A DNA stretch of 64,000 nucleotides, taken from the NCBI GenBank assembly GCA_965219415.1, contig OZ244742.1, positions 1,664,001 to 1,728,000 of the forward strand. Reading direction: 5' to 3'. Numbering within the stretch: the first letter of the stretch is position 1; every line of letters begins with the position of its first letter. The notes under the pieces were generated by a model. It saw only the letters and a list, made by a program, of their open reading frames with translations, was not told the DNA's origin and did not search any database. The position numbers were made by a program, and so were the translations under genes. This stretch comes from Candidatus Marinacidobacterales bacterium. GTDB lineage: Bacteria; Acidobacteriota; Vicinamibacteria; Marinacidobacterales; DATDRI01. Shown in pieces: positions 22,250 to 35,340 of this stretch.

Positions 22250-22730
22250 GAAACGAAGGCTCTACAAAGGAGACGCATTCAAACGTCTCATCGACGTCCT
22301 GCGCGAGGATTACGACCTCACCAGCACCAAGGAAGGCTGCGGCGAGGGTGAGTGCGGCGCCTGCACGGTGCTGGTGGATGGCATGCCGGTGAACAGCTGC
22401 CTCATCCCCGTCTGTCAGATGGAGGGGCGGAAGGTTGAAACCATCGAATCTCTAGGCAGACCCGAATCTCTGAACCTGCTGCAACAGTCGTTTCTGAACG
22501 AAGGAGGCGCGCAGTGCGGGATCTGTACTCCGGGCTTCTTGATGACGGCATGGGCCTACGTACGTCGGGGCGGCAGCGAAGACCCAAAGTCGATACGCGA
22601 GGTCTTGGCGGGGAATCTCTGTCGTTGCACCGGCTACCAGCACATCGTGAACTCGGTCATCGAGACGGTTCGCGAGAAGAACAGGCTTCGGAACAAACGA
22701 CGAAAGACTCCCGGGAAGAAAGTTAAATGA
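22227..22730 (+). CDS. (2Fe-2S)-binding subunit of the molybdenum hydroxylase
   Basis: KEGCGEGECGACTV, QCGICTPG, NLCRCTGY; own ATG at 22227. Confidence 0.88.
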   Translation: MIRLNINRKRRLYKGDAFKRLIDVLREDYDLTSTKEGCGEGECGACTVLVDGMPVNSCLIPVCQMEGRKVETIESLGRPESLNLLQQSFLNEGGAQCGICTPGFLMTAWAYVRRGGSEDPKSIREVLAGNLCRCTGYQHIVNSVIETVREKNRLRNKRRKTPGKKVK

Positions 22731-23593
22731 GGGGCGCATCGTTCACGATGGAGGTGTTGCGCCCCAAGGCGCCCCGGGATGCGGTGCGTATGCTCGATAG
22801 TCATCCCGACGCCATACCCTTGGCCGGCGGCACCGACTTCATGGTGGCCTGGAATGCTGGGGAGCTTAATGGCAAGACGATCCTGGATCTCTCCGCCATC
22901 AAGAACTGGACCCGTATCCGATCGCTCGAGCGTGGTCTATGGTTCGGCTCCCTCGTCAACCATTGGCAGATTCAAAACCACCCAGGAGCGCAGAAAGCGT
23001 TTCCGTTGCTAGTGGACGCTTGCGGAACTATCGGAGGCGCGCAGATCCAGATTCGCGGCACGTTGGGCGGCAACATCGCCAACGCTTCGCCGGCCGGTGA
23101 TACGTTTCCCGCGTTGGCAGTTTACGGCGCGTCGATCCGCACGGTGTCGCCTCGAGGCGAGCGAACGATTCCCTTCTCGGAGATCTTTACCGGAGTCAAG
23201 ACGACTTCACTGGGTCCCTCCGAGCTCATCGAGATCATCGAGATCCCTTTTCTCTCCAGCCGGCCACGGCGGCAGATGTTCTGGAAAGTGGGAACCCGCG
23301 CCGCTTCCGCCATCTCGAAGACGGTCGCGGCCGGTCTCCTGTGGCTCAAACGAGACGGCGCCGTCCGCGAGCTACGTTTCGCGCTCGGCAGCATGGCCCC
23401 CACCGTCCGCCGATTGAAGAGCGTGGAAGACTTTGTCGTCGGGAAGAAACCGGTTGGCAAAGTGCTCGACGAGGCCTGCGACCTCCTCGAGAAAGACGTC
23501 TCCCCCATCGACGACATCCGCTCCACCGAGGAGTACCGTATAGAGGTATCGAAAAACCTCCTCCGATCCTTCCTCGATCCCGCGAGCATATAA
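22727..23593 (+). CDS. FAD-binding subunit of the molybdenum hydroxylase
   Basis: LAGGTD, QIQIRGTLGGNIANASPAGD, PIDDIRSTEEYR. Confidence 0.9.
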   Translation: MRGASFTMEVLRPKAPRDAVRMLDSHPDAIPLAGGTDFMVAWNAGELNGKTILDLSAIKNWTRIRSLERGLWFGSLVNHWQIQNHPGAQKAFPLLVDACGTIGGAQIQIRGTLGGNIANASPAGDTFPALAVYGASIRTVSPRGERTIPFSEIFTGVKTTSLGPSELIEIIEIPFLSSRPRRQMFWKVGTRAASAISKTVAAGLLWLKRDGAVRELRFALGSMAPTVRRLKSVEDFVVGKKPVGKVLDEACDLLEKDVSPIDDIRSTEEYRIEVSKNLLRSFLDPASI

Positions 23594-23767
23594 GTGCCAC
23601 CCATTTGGTAAACACCCTCGTTTGCCGAAAAACGCACGTTTTTTGTAAGGCGAAGGAGACAAAACACCCTTATTTCTCTGGTGGATAGTGTCGTCCGGAC
23701 CGCCTGGCCGTGGCGCTCTTCTCGCCACTTCGAATTGCTTCGTTAAGATATACTTGCCCCTGCACAG

Positions 23768-23799
23768 GATGGGGCCCGCGACGTGGGCCCCATCTTTTT
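23768..23799 (+). terminator. Rho-independent terminator
   Basis: GATGGGGCCC/GGGCCCCATC 10-bp stem followed by TTTTT. Confidence 0.75.
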
Positions 23800-23840
23800 G
23801 TATTGTTGAAGGATAACCGGCACCGAGGAGACACCGACTC

Positions 23841-25511
23841 ATGCACCCAATTCGCTGGGCGAGCTTGGCAATAGCCGCCCTCACCACGGCCTGCGCTCAA
23901 CCCGGCGAGGTTTCCTCCCCCGGGATCGAGGGCGCCCTCCAAAGCATCCGCCCGGAAGCCATTGAGGCTCATATCGCTTTCCTGGCGGACGATCTGCTCG
24001 AAGGCCGTGAGGCCGGGACCCGGGGTTACGATTTGGGTGCCAAATACGTCGCCACGTCCTTCCAAGCGATGGGATTGAAACCGGCAGGGTCGGATGGTAC
24101 TTACTTCCAAAACGTCCCGCTTCGCGGCACAAGGCTCGACCCCGGCGGGAGCTCGCTGACCCTATGGCGTAAAGGCTGGACCAAAACGCTGCTTCCCGGA
24201 GAGGACTCTATCGTCGCGCCAAGCGCGACGAGCGAACAAAGCGAGATCCGCGCCCCACTAGTCTTCGTTGGTTTCGGCGTGACCGCACCGGAACTCGACT
24301 ATGACGACTACGCGGGTGTGGACGCGGCGGGCAAGATCGCGGTGACGTTGTCGGGTGCACCTGCCAGCTTCCCTTCCAACCAGCGCGCGTATTACTCGGG
24401 TGGGGCGAAGACGGAAAACGCAGCGGCTCATGGAGTCGTCGGAATTCTCACCATCCTGACACCGGAGTACGAGAAGCGAATGCCTTGGGCCAGAATGTTG
24501 CGCTCCGCGGGCAGGGCGCGCATGAGGTGGCTAGATGATCACGAAACTCCTGCGAACGCATGGCCGCAAATCAAAGGCGGCGGAGCTCTCAGCCGACCCA
24601 CTGCAGAAGAAGTGTTCTTCAACGGCCCGGCATCCCTCGAGGACGTCTTCGCGGCCGCGGAGTCTGGGAACTTGAAGAGCTTCGATCTGCCACTCGAGGC
24701 GGAGATCCGAACGACCTCAGTCCACGTGGAGCTCGAAAGCCCGAACGTCATTGCAATGCTCGAGGGCTCAGACCCAAAGCTCAAGGACGAGTACATCGTC
24801 TACACCGCGCACTTAGATCATGATGGGCTCGGAGAGCCCATCGACGGCGACGGGATCTGGAACGGCGCTTACGATAACGCGTCCGGCACCGCAACGGTTT
24901 TGGAAGTTGCTCGAGCGTTCACGAATCTACCCCAGCCGCCGAAGCGTTCGATCCTTTTTCTCGCCACGACGGCTGAGGAAAAAGGACTCTTGGGCGCTGA
25001 CTATTTCGCGCTCAACCCCACCGTGCCCCAAGACGCCATCGTTGCAAATCTCAACATGGATGGCGCGCTCATGGTTTATCCTATGAAAGATCTCGTGATC
25101 TACGGAGGTGAGCACTCGAGTCTCGGCGAGGTGTTCGAACGAGCGGCGGCGCGAATGGGCGTTGAGATTAGTCCCGATCCAATTCCACAGGAAACCATTT
25201 TCATCCGCAGCGACCAATTTCCCTTCGTGCGCCAAGGCATCCCAGCCGCCTATGCTTTTGTTGGACTTCAAACCACCGATCCCGACATCGACTCCGAGGC
25301 GGCCTTTTGGGAGTGGATGGCCACTCGCTATCACACCCCCAAGGATGACATGAGTCAGAAGATGTACTTCGAATCGGGCGCCCGGTACGCCGGAGTGAAT
25401 TTCTTGGCCGGCTACCTCGTGGCACAAGACCCGGAGCGCCCGGAGTGGAACGAGGGAGATTTCTTCGGAGATAAATTTGGCTCCAAGAGAAGAATTCATC
25501 GCGATGAGTGA
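23841..25511 (+). CDS. M28 family metallopeptidase with PA domain, lipoprotein
   Basis: Lipobox LTTAC; LLEGREAGTRG, AHLDH, NGAYDNASG, AEEKGLLG, RSDQ, YHTPKDD. Confidence 0.9.
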   Translation: MHPIRWASLAIAALTTACAQPGEVSSPGIEGALQSIRPEAIEAHIAFLADDLLEGREAGTRGYDLGAKYVATSFQAMGLKPAGSDGTYFQNVPLRGTRLDPGGSSLTLWRKGWTKTLLPGEDSIVAPSATSEQSEIRAPLVFVGFGVTAPELDYDDYAGVDAAGKIAVTLSGAPASFPSNQRAYYSGGAKTENAAAHGVVGILTILTPEYEKRMPWARMLRSAGRARMRWLDDHETPANAWPQIKGGGALSRPTAEEVFFNGPASLEDVFAAAESGNLKSFDLPLEAEIRTTSVHVELESPNVIAMLEGSDPKLKDEYIVYTAHLDHDGLGEPIDGDGIWNGAYDNASGTATVLEVARAFTNLPQPPKRSILFLATTAEEKGLLGADYFALNPTVPQDAIVANLNMDGALMVYPMKDLVIYGGEHSSLGEVFERAAARMGVEISPDPIPQETIFIRSDQFPFVRQGIPAAYAFVGLQTTDPDIDSEAAFWEWMATRYHTPKDDMSQKMYFESGARYAGVNFLAGYLVAQDPERPEWNEGDFFGDKFGSKRRIHRDE

Positions 25512-27102
25512 CTACGAGATCGTATTCCGGGGCGGCACGCTCATCGACGGCACCGGTGCCAAAGAACGAATAGCGGATGTCGCGATCGAAGCCGACACCA
25601 TCGTCGCCATCGGTGAGGGCCTGCGCGGCCGCCGGGAGATCGACTGCACGGATCTCGTCGTAGCACCCGGATTCATCGACACCCACTCCCATTCCGACCT
25701 GAGAGTCCTTACCGAACCCGGACTCCCGATGAAGCTTCGGCAAGGCATCACGCTCGAAGTCTTGGGCCAGGACGGAATTAGCGTCGCGCCGCTTCGACCG
25801 AATCATACTCCCGATACTCGCCGTCAACTGGCCGGTCTTCTGGGCGATCTACCAGAGGAGGAATGGCGCTGGGAACGAGTACGCGATTACCTGAAAGTCA
25901 TCGAGGACAACCGTCCCGCGATCAACCTCGCCTACTTGGTGCCGCACGGAACCCTCAGGACGTACGTGATGGGACCGGAGAACCGAAAACCCTCCCCCGC
26001 CGAGCTGGTAAGACTCAAAGCGGAGTTGGGTCGGGGCCTGGACGAGGGAGCTCTTGGCCTCTCCACCGGCCTCATCTATCCCCCATGCTGCTATTCCGAC
26101 ACCGACGAGCTGGTCGCTCTAGGCGGGGTCCTCGCTCCCCGAAAGGCACCCTTCGTCGTCCACATGCGCAGCGAGTCGGATTTCATCGAGCGTGCCATCG
26201 ACGAGATGATGGAAGTGGGCCTACGGTCTCGATGTCCCATTCACATCTCCCATTTCAAGATTGCGGGGCGAGACAACTTCTCCCGCGCCGCCGCAGTCGT
26301 CGAACGCATCGAGGACGCGCAACGCCAAGGCGTATCGGTTACCGGAGATCAGTACTGCTACGCTGCGGGCTCTACGATGCTAGGAGCGATCTTGTCGCCC
26401 TGGGCCCATGACGGAGGCGCAACGAAAACACTCGAGCGTCTTGCCGATTCTACCGCCCGACAGAAAATGCGTGAGGATATGGAGAAGAAGGGTGCGCTGG
26501 CGTGGGATTCCTTTTGGAAATGGACAGGCCCGGAGGGCATCGTCATCAGCGACATCCCGAGCGGCCGGCATGCGGAGTGGGTCGGAAAGACCGTGTCTCT
26601 AGCGGCACGGGATGCGGGCCAGGATCCCTTCGATTTCGCCTTCGACCTCTTACGAAGCGAGGAGATGGGCGTGGGAATGATCTCGCACTCGCAGAGCGAA
26701 GAGGTTCTGGACCGTTTGATCGGGCTTCCCTACTTGAACGGATGCACCGACGCACTGCTCGGCGGAAAACCACACCCCCGCGCATACGGTACATACCCTC
26801 GATTCTTGGGCCGGCACGTTCGTGAGGACAAAATACTCGAGCTTCCGGAAACGGTTCGGAAAATGACGAGTCAAGCCGCTCACGCGATGAACCTCTCCGG
26901 CGTCGGCGAGGTGCGTGAGGGTTTCCTTGCCGACTTGGTGGTTTTCGATCCCGCCACCATCAAGGACACGGCAACTTTTGCCAAGCCGGCTTCGTATCCA
27001 GAAGGCATCCTCCACGTGATGGTTCGCGGCGAACTGGCGCTCGATAACTCTGAAGTGACGGAAGTCCGCGCCGGACGAATAGTCCGCCAAGACGCAGGGT
27101 AA
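25504..27102 (+). CDS. N-acyl-D-amino-acid deacylase (D-aminoacylase) family amidohydrolase
   Basis: PGFIDTHSHSD, STGLIYPP, HMRSE, HISHFK, PHPRAYGTYPR. Confidence 0.9.
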   Translation: MSDYEIVFRGGTLIDGTGAKERIADVAIEADTIVAIGEGLRGRREIDCTDLVVAPGFIDTHSHSDLRVLTEPGLPMKLRQGITLEVLGQDGISVAPLRPNHTPDTRRQLAGLLGDLPEEEWRWERVRDYLKVIEDNRPAINLAYLVPHGTLRTYVMGPENRKPSPAELVRLKAELGRGLDEGALGLSTGLIYPPCCYSDTDELVALGGVLAPRKAPFVVHMRSESDFIERAIDEMMEVGLRSRCPIHISHFKIAGRDNFSRAAAVVERIEDAQRQGVSVTGDQYCYAAGSTMLGAILSPWAHDGGATKTLERLADSTARQKMREDMEKKGALAWDSFWKWTGPEGIVISDIPSGRHAEWVGKTVSLAARDAGQDPFDFAFDLLRSEEMGVGMISHSQSEEVLDRLIGLPYLNGCTDALLGGKPHPRAYGTYPRFLGRHVREDKILELPETVRKMTSQAAHAMNLSGVGEVREGFLADLVVFDPATIKDTATFAKPASYPEGILHVMVRGELALDNSEVTEVRAGRIVRQDAG

Positions 27103-27106
27103 AGTC

Positions 27107-29747
<2,641 letters not shown>

Positions 29748-29754
29748 CGGCGCC

Positions 29755-30976
29755 ATGGCCGCTACCCGACTCTATCTCGAGACCGACGATTCCCTCCGAT
29801 CCGTTCTGATCGAGGACGGTGGCATGAAGGGAGCCGGAAATCCTTGTCCGGAAGACACGCCGCGCCTCGACTGCAAGGGAGCGGAGTTGAGATCGAGTTA
29901 TCTCAACGCCCACACCCATCTTTACAGCGGACTCGTACCCTTCGGCATGCCGCCCCCCTCGCAAACCCCGGAGAATTTCGTGCAGATCCTGGAACGGGTG
30001 TGGTGGCGTCTCGATCGTGCCTTGGATCGAGACAGTCTGCGGGCCGCCGCACGACTCTACGTGGCGGAGGCATTGCTCTGCGGCACCACCGCGTTGATCG
30101 ATCATCACGAGTCACCAGAGATCATCGAAGGGTCGCTCGATATCTTGGCGGACGCTTGCCAGGAGCTGGGTATCCGGGCCCTGCTTTGTTACGGGGCCAC
30201 AGAAAGGAATCGTGGGACCGAAGAGGCGAAGCAAGGACTCGACGAGTGCCGAAGATTCGTGCAATCGAACCGGAGACCTCTGGTCCGCGGACTGGTGGGG
30301 CTGCATGCATCGTTCACCGTTTCGGACGAGACGATCCGGATGGCCGGAGCCATGTGCCGCGAGCTAGCAACGGTACTCCACGTCCACATCGCCGAGGATG
30401 TCGCAGACGTCGACGACGCCAAGAAGCGCGGCTACGCCGGTCCCTTCGAACGACTGGCGGAGCTCGATGGTCTTCTGCCCGGCTCGATACTGGCCCACGG
30501 CGTCCACCTGAGCCAACCAGGTCGAAGACGTCGTCGGCAGGGGTTGCTGGCTGGTGCAGAATCCTCGTTCGAACAAAGGCAATCGCGTGGGCTATCCAGC
30601 GGCCCTATGGGCAAGCCACCGCGTGGCGCTCGGTACCGATGGCTACCCCGCGAACATGCTCGCCGAGCAAGCCGAATTGACCGTGCTTTCGAAAGCACAA
30701 GGTGACCTGGAGGCGAATGCCGCCGCCAATCGACTCGCCGCCGGTTGGATGGTTGCGACCGAGCGATGGGGTGGGTTCTTCGGTATGCCGGCCTCCGGAA
30801 CCGTCGCCGATCTAACGATCGTTTCCCCGGGGACGGACACCCCGAGACACGTGATCGTGGGCGGGCAGGTTGTTGTCGAGAACGGGGTCTTGAAAACCGC
30901 CGATATCGAGCAAGTCCGAGCCGAAGCCAATGAGCAGGCTTCCAGGCTTTGGCAAAGAATGGCGGAAATCAACTAA
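29755..30976 (+). CDS. ssnA: SsnA-like amidohydrolase, frameshifted at about 30515
   Basis: [64 protein letters not shown]. Confidence 0.78.
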
Positions 30977-31064
30977 TCCCTCGCGGCTTCCGCAGATACT
31001 GGGACAATTCCTCCTACCTGGGGCACCTTGATTCAGTCGGGGTGCGCCATTATCCTGTGCCCCC

Positions 31065-32064
31065 ATGTCAAAATGTGTAGCCCTCTACCTCCAGGACGCA
31101 CACCCTCTTGCCGATGGGATCCGATACGCACAATACGCCGAAAGCAAAGGGTTCGAAGCGGTCTGGCAGGCCGAGAGCCGACTCGTCCGCGACGCCATCG
31201 TTCCAATGGCCGCCTTCGCGGCGGTAACATCCCGCATTCGAATCGGCTCCGGGGTCATCAACAACTGGACCCGCAACATCGGGCTTCTTGCCGCCACCTA
31301 CCTCACGTTGGATGATCTGGCACAGGACCGGATCCTTTGCGGGATCGGAGCCTGGTGGGATCTGCTGGCCGCCAAGACGGGAATCAAACGACGGAAGCCG
31401 CTTCTCGCGATGCGGGAGACGATCGAGGTCTTTCGAAAGCTCCTTCGCCTGGAGAACGTTACCTTCGAGGGCGAGTTTCACCAGGTCAAAGGGATCGAGC
31501 TGGACGTCGTGCACGGACGGCGCGAGCCAAGAAATGTTCCCGTCTATATCGGCGCGACCGGAGACAAGATGATGGAGCTGACCGGCGAGATCGCAGACGG
31601 CGCGTTGCTCAACTACTGCGTGCCACCCGAGTACAACGACCGCGCGATGGAGCTCCTAGCGAAAGGCGCCAAACGATCTGGCCGCAAACTCGACGATCTC
31701 GATCGACCACAACTCGTTGTTTGCTTCGGTCGATCGCGATCGGGCTCGTGCAATCGAAAGCGCCAAGGAGTTGATCACACAATACCTCGCCCAGCAACCT
31801 CACATCGCGAAGGGCTCGGGAGTTAGCCAATCTACGGTCGATGAGATTCAAGCGATTTTGGGCTGGCCCGCAACCAAGGAGCAAGTTAGGCAAGCGATGC
31901 ACCTCGTTCCCGACGAGTTAGTGCTTCGAATCACTGCAACTGGAACCCCCGAAGAAGCGCGTACCAGAGTGGCAGAGTACGAGAAGCGAGGGTGCACTTG
32001 CCCAGTCCTGTATCCACTTGGCGATCCAAATACTCATGATGGACACCTTCGCGGTGGAAGGTGA
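31065..32064 (+). CDS. LLM class flavin/F420-dependent oxidoreductase, frameshifted at about 31727 and near the 3' end
   Basis: [54 protein letters not shown]. Confidence 0.85.
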
Positions 32065-32100
32065 CGCAGAAACAAGCTGACTCCCTTTCCGAGACAACCC

Positions 32101-32295
32101 TTGCCTTCATCCTGAAAATGTGCTTGAATAGTTCGTATTCGACGGAGATAACTGTTCGTGACGCGCCGGTAGCGATCAGGCCCCTAATCCCTCACGTGCA
32201 ACCGTATTTCTTCTCTCTCACTCGAACCTGTCGGCCTGATCGTCGAACAAAGCCGTCGTGAGGTCTCCGCTTGGCAAACAGGAGAGACATGGAAG
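32101..32295 (+). promoter_or_regulatory. Promoter and long structured 5' UTR of the RRM gene
   Basis: TTGCCT-17-TTGAAT with extended TG; nested stems CGACGG/CCGTCG, TGTTCG/CGAACA and CGATCAGGCC/GGCCTGATCG. Confidence 0.5.
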
Positions 32296-32571
32296 ATGAA
32301 TATATACGTTGGGAATCTCCCGTTTAGTACTACCGAGTCGGATCTAAAAGAGGCGTTCGAGGGATTCGGCCAAGTTGACTCCACAAGCATCATTATGGAC
32401 CGACACACGAACCAGTCTCGCGGATTTGGTTTCGTGGAGATGGCCGATTCCGGTGAAGCAAAGGCGGCCATCGAGGCTCTGAACGGCAAAGACATGCAAG
32501 GACGCGCGCTCCGAGTGAATGAAGCGCGCCCCCGGAACGACCGCGACGATCGGAAGCCGCGCCGATTCTAG
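32296..32571 (+). CDS. RRM (RNP-1) RNA-binding protein
   Basis: MNIYVGNLPF (RNP2), SRGFGFVEM (RNP1), LRVNEARPR. Confidence 0.95.
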   Translation: MNIYVGNLPFSTTESDLKEAFEGFGQVDSTSIIMDRHTNQSRGFGFVEMADSGEAKAAIEALNGKDMQGRALRVNEARPRNDRDDRKPRRF

Positions 32572-32641
32572 TCCCAGTAAACTTTACCAGCCCGTTATCC
32601 CACCCTTTTACAAACCAGGGCCGGTCGGTTAGGCTCTCCGC

Positions 32642-33451
32642 GTGGAGGAAGGGCCTAAACCCGTTGGACTCCGTGTCACCGACCTCACTCTTCGCTTCGG
32701 CGGCGTGGCCGCCCTCACCGACATAAACCTCGAATTGCGGCGAGGCGAGGTCCTCGCCATCATTGGGCCGAACGGCGCCGGCAAAACAAGCCTCCTCAAT
32801 TGCATCAGCGGACTTTGTCGTCCCCAACAAGGCTCGATTCAGTTCACCGACAGAGATCGAGCCGCGCACGAGCTCACCCGCAAACGACCGCACCAGATCG
32901 CTCGCCTCGGAATAGCTCGCTCGTTTCAGAACATCGAGCTCTTCCGCCATATGACGGTGCTCGAAAACCTGATGTTGGGGCGCCATGTCCACATGCGAGG
33001 AAACGTGCTGAGCTGCGGAGTCTACTGGCTCCGACAACAAGACGAGGAGATCGCTCACCGCAAGCACGTCGAAACGGTCATCGACTTCCTCGAAATCGAG
33101 AACATCCGACATCAGGCGGTGGGCACACTAGCCTACGGCCTTCAAAAGCGCGTGGAGCTCGGCCGAGCTTTGGCGCTAGATCCCCACACCCTTCTCCTCG
33201 ATGAACCGATGGCAGGAATGAACGTGGAAGAAAAGGAAGACACGGCTCGATTTATCCTCGACATCAACGAAGAGTGGGGCGTCACCACCGTTCTCATCGA
33301 ACACGACATGGGCGTGGTGATGGATCTCTCTAACCGATTGGTGGTTTTGGACTTCGGACGGAAAATTGCCGAGGGGACACCTCAAGACATACGCCGGGAT
33401 CCCCGTGTGGTCCAAGCCTACCTGGGAGAGGAGTCCCGGAGCAGCTCGTGA
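32642..33451 (+). CDS. livG: Liv-type ABC transporter ATP-binding protein
   Basis: GPNGAGKT, ARSFQN, LAYGLQKRVEL, LLLDEP, IEHDM. Confidence 0.92.
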   Translation: MEEGPKPVGLRVTDLTLRFGGVAALTDINLELRRGEVLAIIGPNGAGKTSLLNCISGLCRPQQGSIQFTDRDRAAHELTRKRPHQIARLGIARSFQNIELFRHMTVLENLMLGRHVHMRGNVLSCGVYWLRQQDEEIAHRKHVETVIDFLEIENIRHQAVGTLAYGLQKRVELGRALALDPHTLLLDEPMAGMNVEEKEDTARFILDINEEWGVTTVLIEHDMGVVMDLSNRLVVLDFGRKIAEGTPQDIRRDPRVVQAYLGEESRSSS

Positions 33452-35340
33452 GCGACACCCTTCCCCAGCTGCTTCTAGAAAACGCACGCCGCTCGGGCAA
33501 CAAAGTCGCCCTGCGGAAAAAGGAGTTCGGTGTCTGGCAAACCGTGACGTGGAACGAGTACCTGGAGCGGGTGCGTAATTTTTCCCTCGGCCTCGTTCAC
33601 CTTGGCCTGGAACCCGGAGACAAAGTCGCTATCGTCGGGGACAATCGACCAGAGTGGATCATCGCCGAGCTAGCCACACAAGCCGCCGGTGGAACATCGA
33701 TCGGAATCTATCAGGACTCGGTACCTTCGGAAGTACAGTACCTGGTGGACGCCTCCGACGCGCGGTTCATCGTCGCCGAAGACCAGGAACAGATCGACAA
33801 AATTCTGGAGATCTCGGACCGGTTGCCGAAGATTCGGAACGTCGTCTACTACGACCCTCGAGGGCTGAGGGGCTATCAAGAGTCCATCCTCATCCCGTTC
33901 TCTAAAGTTGAGGACCTCGGTATCGAAGAAGGAACGACACATCCCGGCCTATTCGAAAGAAACGTCGCCAACGTCAACACGACCGATATCGCGATCTTCT
34001 CCACGACCTCTGGAACAACCGCCAAGCCGAAACTCGCCATGCTGTCTCACGCGAACCTCATTAGCATGGGTCGCATGCTACCCCGTGTCGATCTGATGAG
34101 CCCGGATGACGAGTTTCTTTCTTTCCTTCCATTGGCATGGATCGGCGAGCAAACGTTCGCCATCGCCTGTGGCCTTTGTGTTGGCTTCACGATCAACTTT
34201 CCCGAAGAACCAGAGACCGTTCAAGAGAATTTGCGCGAGATTGGACCGCACTCCATGTTCTCGCCTCCCAAGATTTGGGAAAACATGGTCTCTCGCATTC
34301 AGGTAAAGATGGAGGACGCCTCCCGACTCAAGCGCGCAGTCTATGATTGGGCGTTGTCCATCGGATACCGAGCCGCCGACCGCGGGGTCTCCGGCGAAAG
34401 CCTACCCGCATCGTTACGCTGGCAGTACGTTTTGGCGGAGTATCTGTGTTTCTTTTGGATCAAAGACAAGCTCGGCCTCCGAAGATTGAAGCGCGGCTAC
34501 ACTGGAGGCGCGGCACTTGGCCCCGACATCTTCCGCTTCTTCCATGCTATCGGCGTCAACCTCAAACAGATCTACGGCCAGACCGAAGTCTCGGGTATCT
34601 CGGTCCTTCATCGCGACGGCGACATCAAGTTCCAAACCGTGGGCTTAGCTACCCCCGAGACCGAACTACGAATCACCGAGAACGGTGAGATCGTGACCAA
34701 GAGTCCGCGCGTGTTCCACGGCTACTACAAAGATCCGGAGGCAACGGAGCAGGCGCTTGCGGATGGATGGCTCCACTCGGGAGATGCCGGATACCTCGAT
34801 GAAGCCGGTCATTTGGTGGTCATCGATCGGGCAGCCGATGTCATGACGCTGGCGGACGGAACCAAGTTCAGCCCGCAGTTCATCGAGAACAAGCTCAAGT
34901 TCAGCCCTTATGTCAAAGAGGCGGTGGTGTTCGGCGGTGACTGGCCCTTTGTCACATCTTTCATCACCATCGACTACGAAAACACCGGCAAATGGGCGGA
35001 GAAGAGACAGATCCCCTACACCACGTTTACCGACCTGGCCCAGAAGGATTTCATTATCGGGCTGGTTCGTGAGCAGGTCGAACGCACCAACCAGGACCTG
35101 CCACAGGCGGCACGAATACGACGATTCCTGTTGTTGCACAAAGAGCTGGACGCCGATGATGCCGAGCTGACCCGGACCCGCAAGGTCCGCCGCTCATTCA
35201 TCGGCGAACGATACCAAGCACTGCTCTCGGCTCTCTACAGTGAAGCCACCTCGGTCAGCATAGGAACGACTATCACTTATCAGGATGGCCGCACCGCAAA
35301 CATCCAAACCGAGCTCGAAATAGAGACGGTGGGGACCTGA
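33448..35340 (+). CDS. Long-chain fatty-acid-CoA ligase (AMP-binding)
   Basis: TTSGTTAKPK, YGQTE, WLHSGDAG, ELTRTRKVRR. Confidence 0.92.
   Translation: MSDTLPQLLLENARRSGNKVALRKKEFGVWQTVTWNEYLERVRNFSLGLVHLGLEPGDKVAIVGDNRPEWIIAELATQAAGGTSIGIYQDSVPSEVQYLVDASDARFIVAEDQEQIDKILEISDRLPKIRNVVYYDPRGLRGYQESILIPFSKVEDLGIEEGTTHPGLFERNVANVNTTDIAIFSTTSGTTAKPKLAMLSHANLISMGRMLPRVDLMSPDDEFLSFLPLAWIGEQTFAIACGLCVGFTINFPEEPETVQENLREIGPHSMFSPPKIWENMVSRIQVKMEDASRLKRAVYDWALSIGYRAADRGVSGESLPASLRWQYVLAEYLCFFWIKDKLGLRRLKRGYTGGAALGPDIFRFFHAIGVNLKQIYGQTEVSGISVLHRDGDIKFQTVGLATPETELRITENGEIVTKSPRVFHGYYKDPEATEQALADGWLHSGDAGYLDEAGHLVVIDRAADVMTLADGTKFSPQFIENKLKFSPYVKEAVVFGGDWPFVTSFITIDYENTGKWAEKRQIPYTTFTDLAQKDFIIGLVREQVERTNQDLPQAARIRRFLLLHKELDADDAELTRTRKVRRSFIGERYQALLSALYSEATSVSIGTTITYQDGRTANIQTELEIETVGT

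Noticed and set aside
20241-22730. Apparent 829-aa Mo-subunit/2Fe-2S C-terminal fusion
   Set aside because: A one-base slip at about 22188 explains it: the shifted frame gives the normal LPLLPERI end with a stop at 22249, and the Fe-S gene has its own ATG at 22227
23600-23660. c-di-GMP-I or purine riboswitch
   Set aside because: Only a superficial GGTAAAC match; the conserved tetraloop/receptor and core motifs were not found
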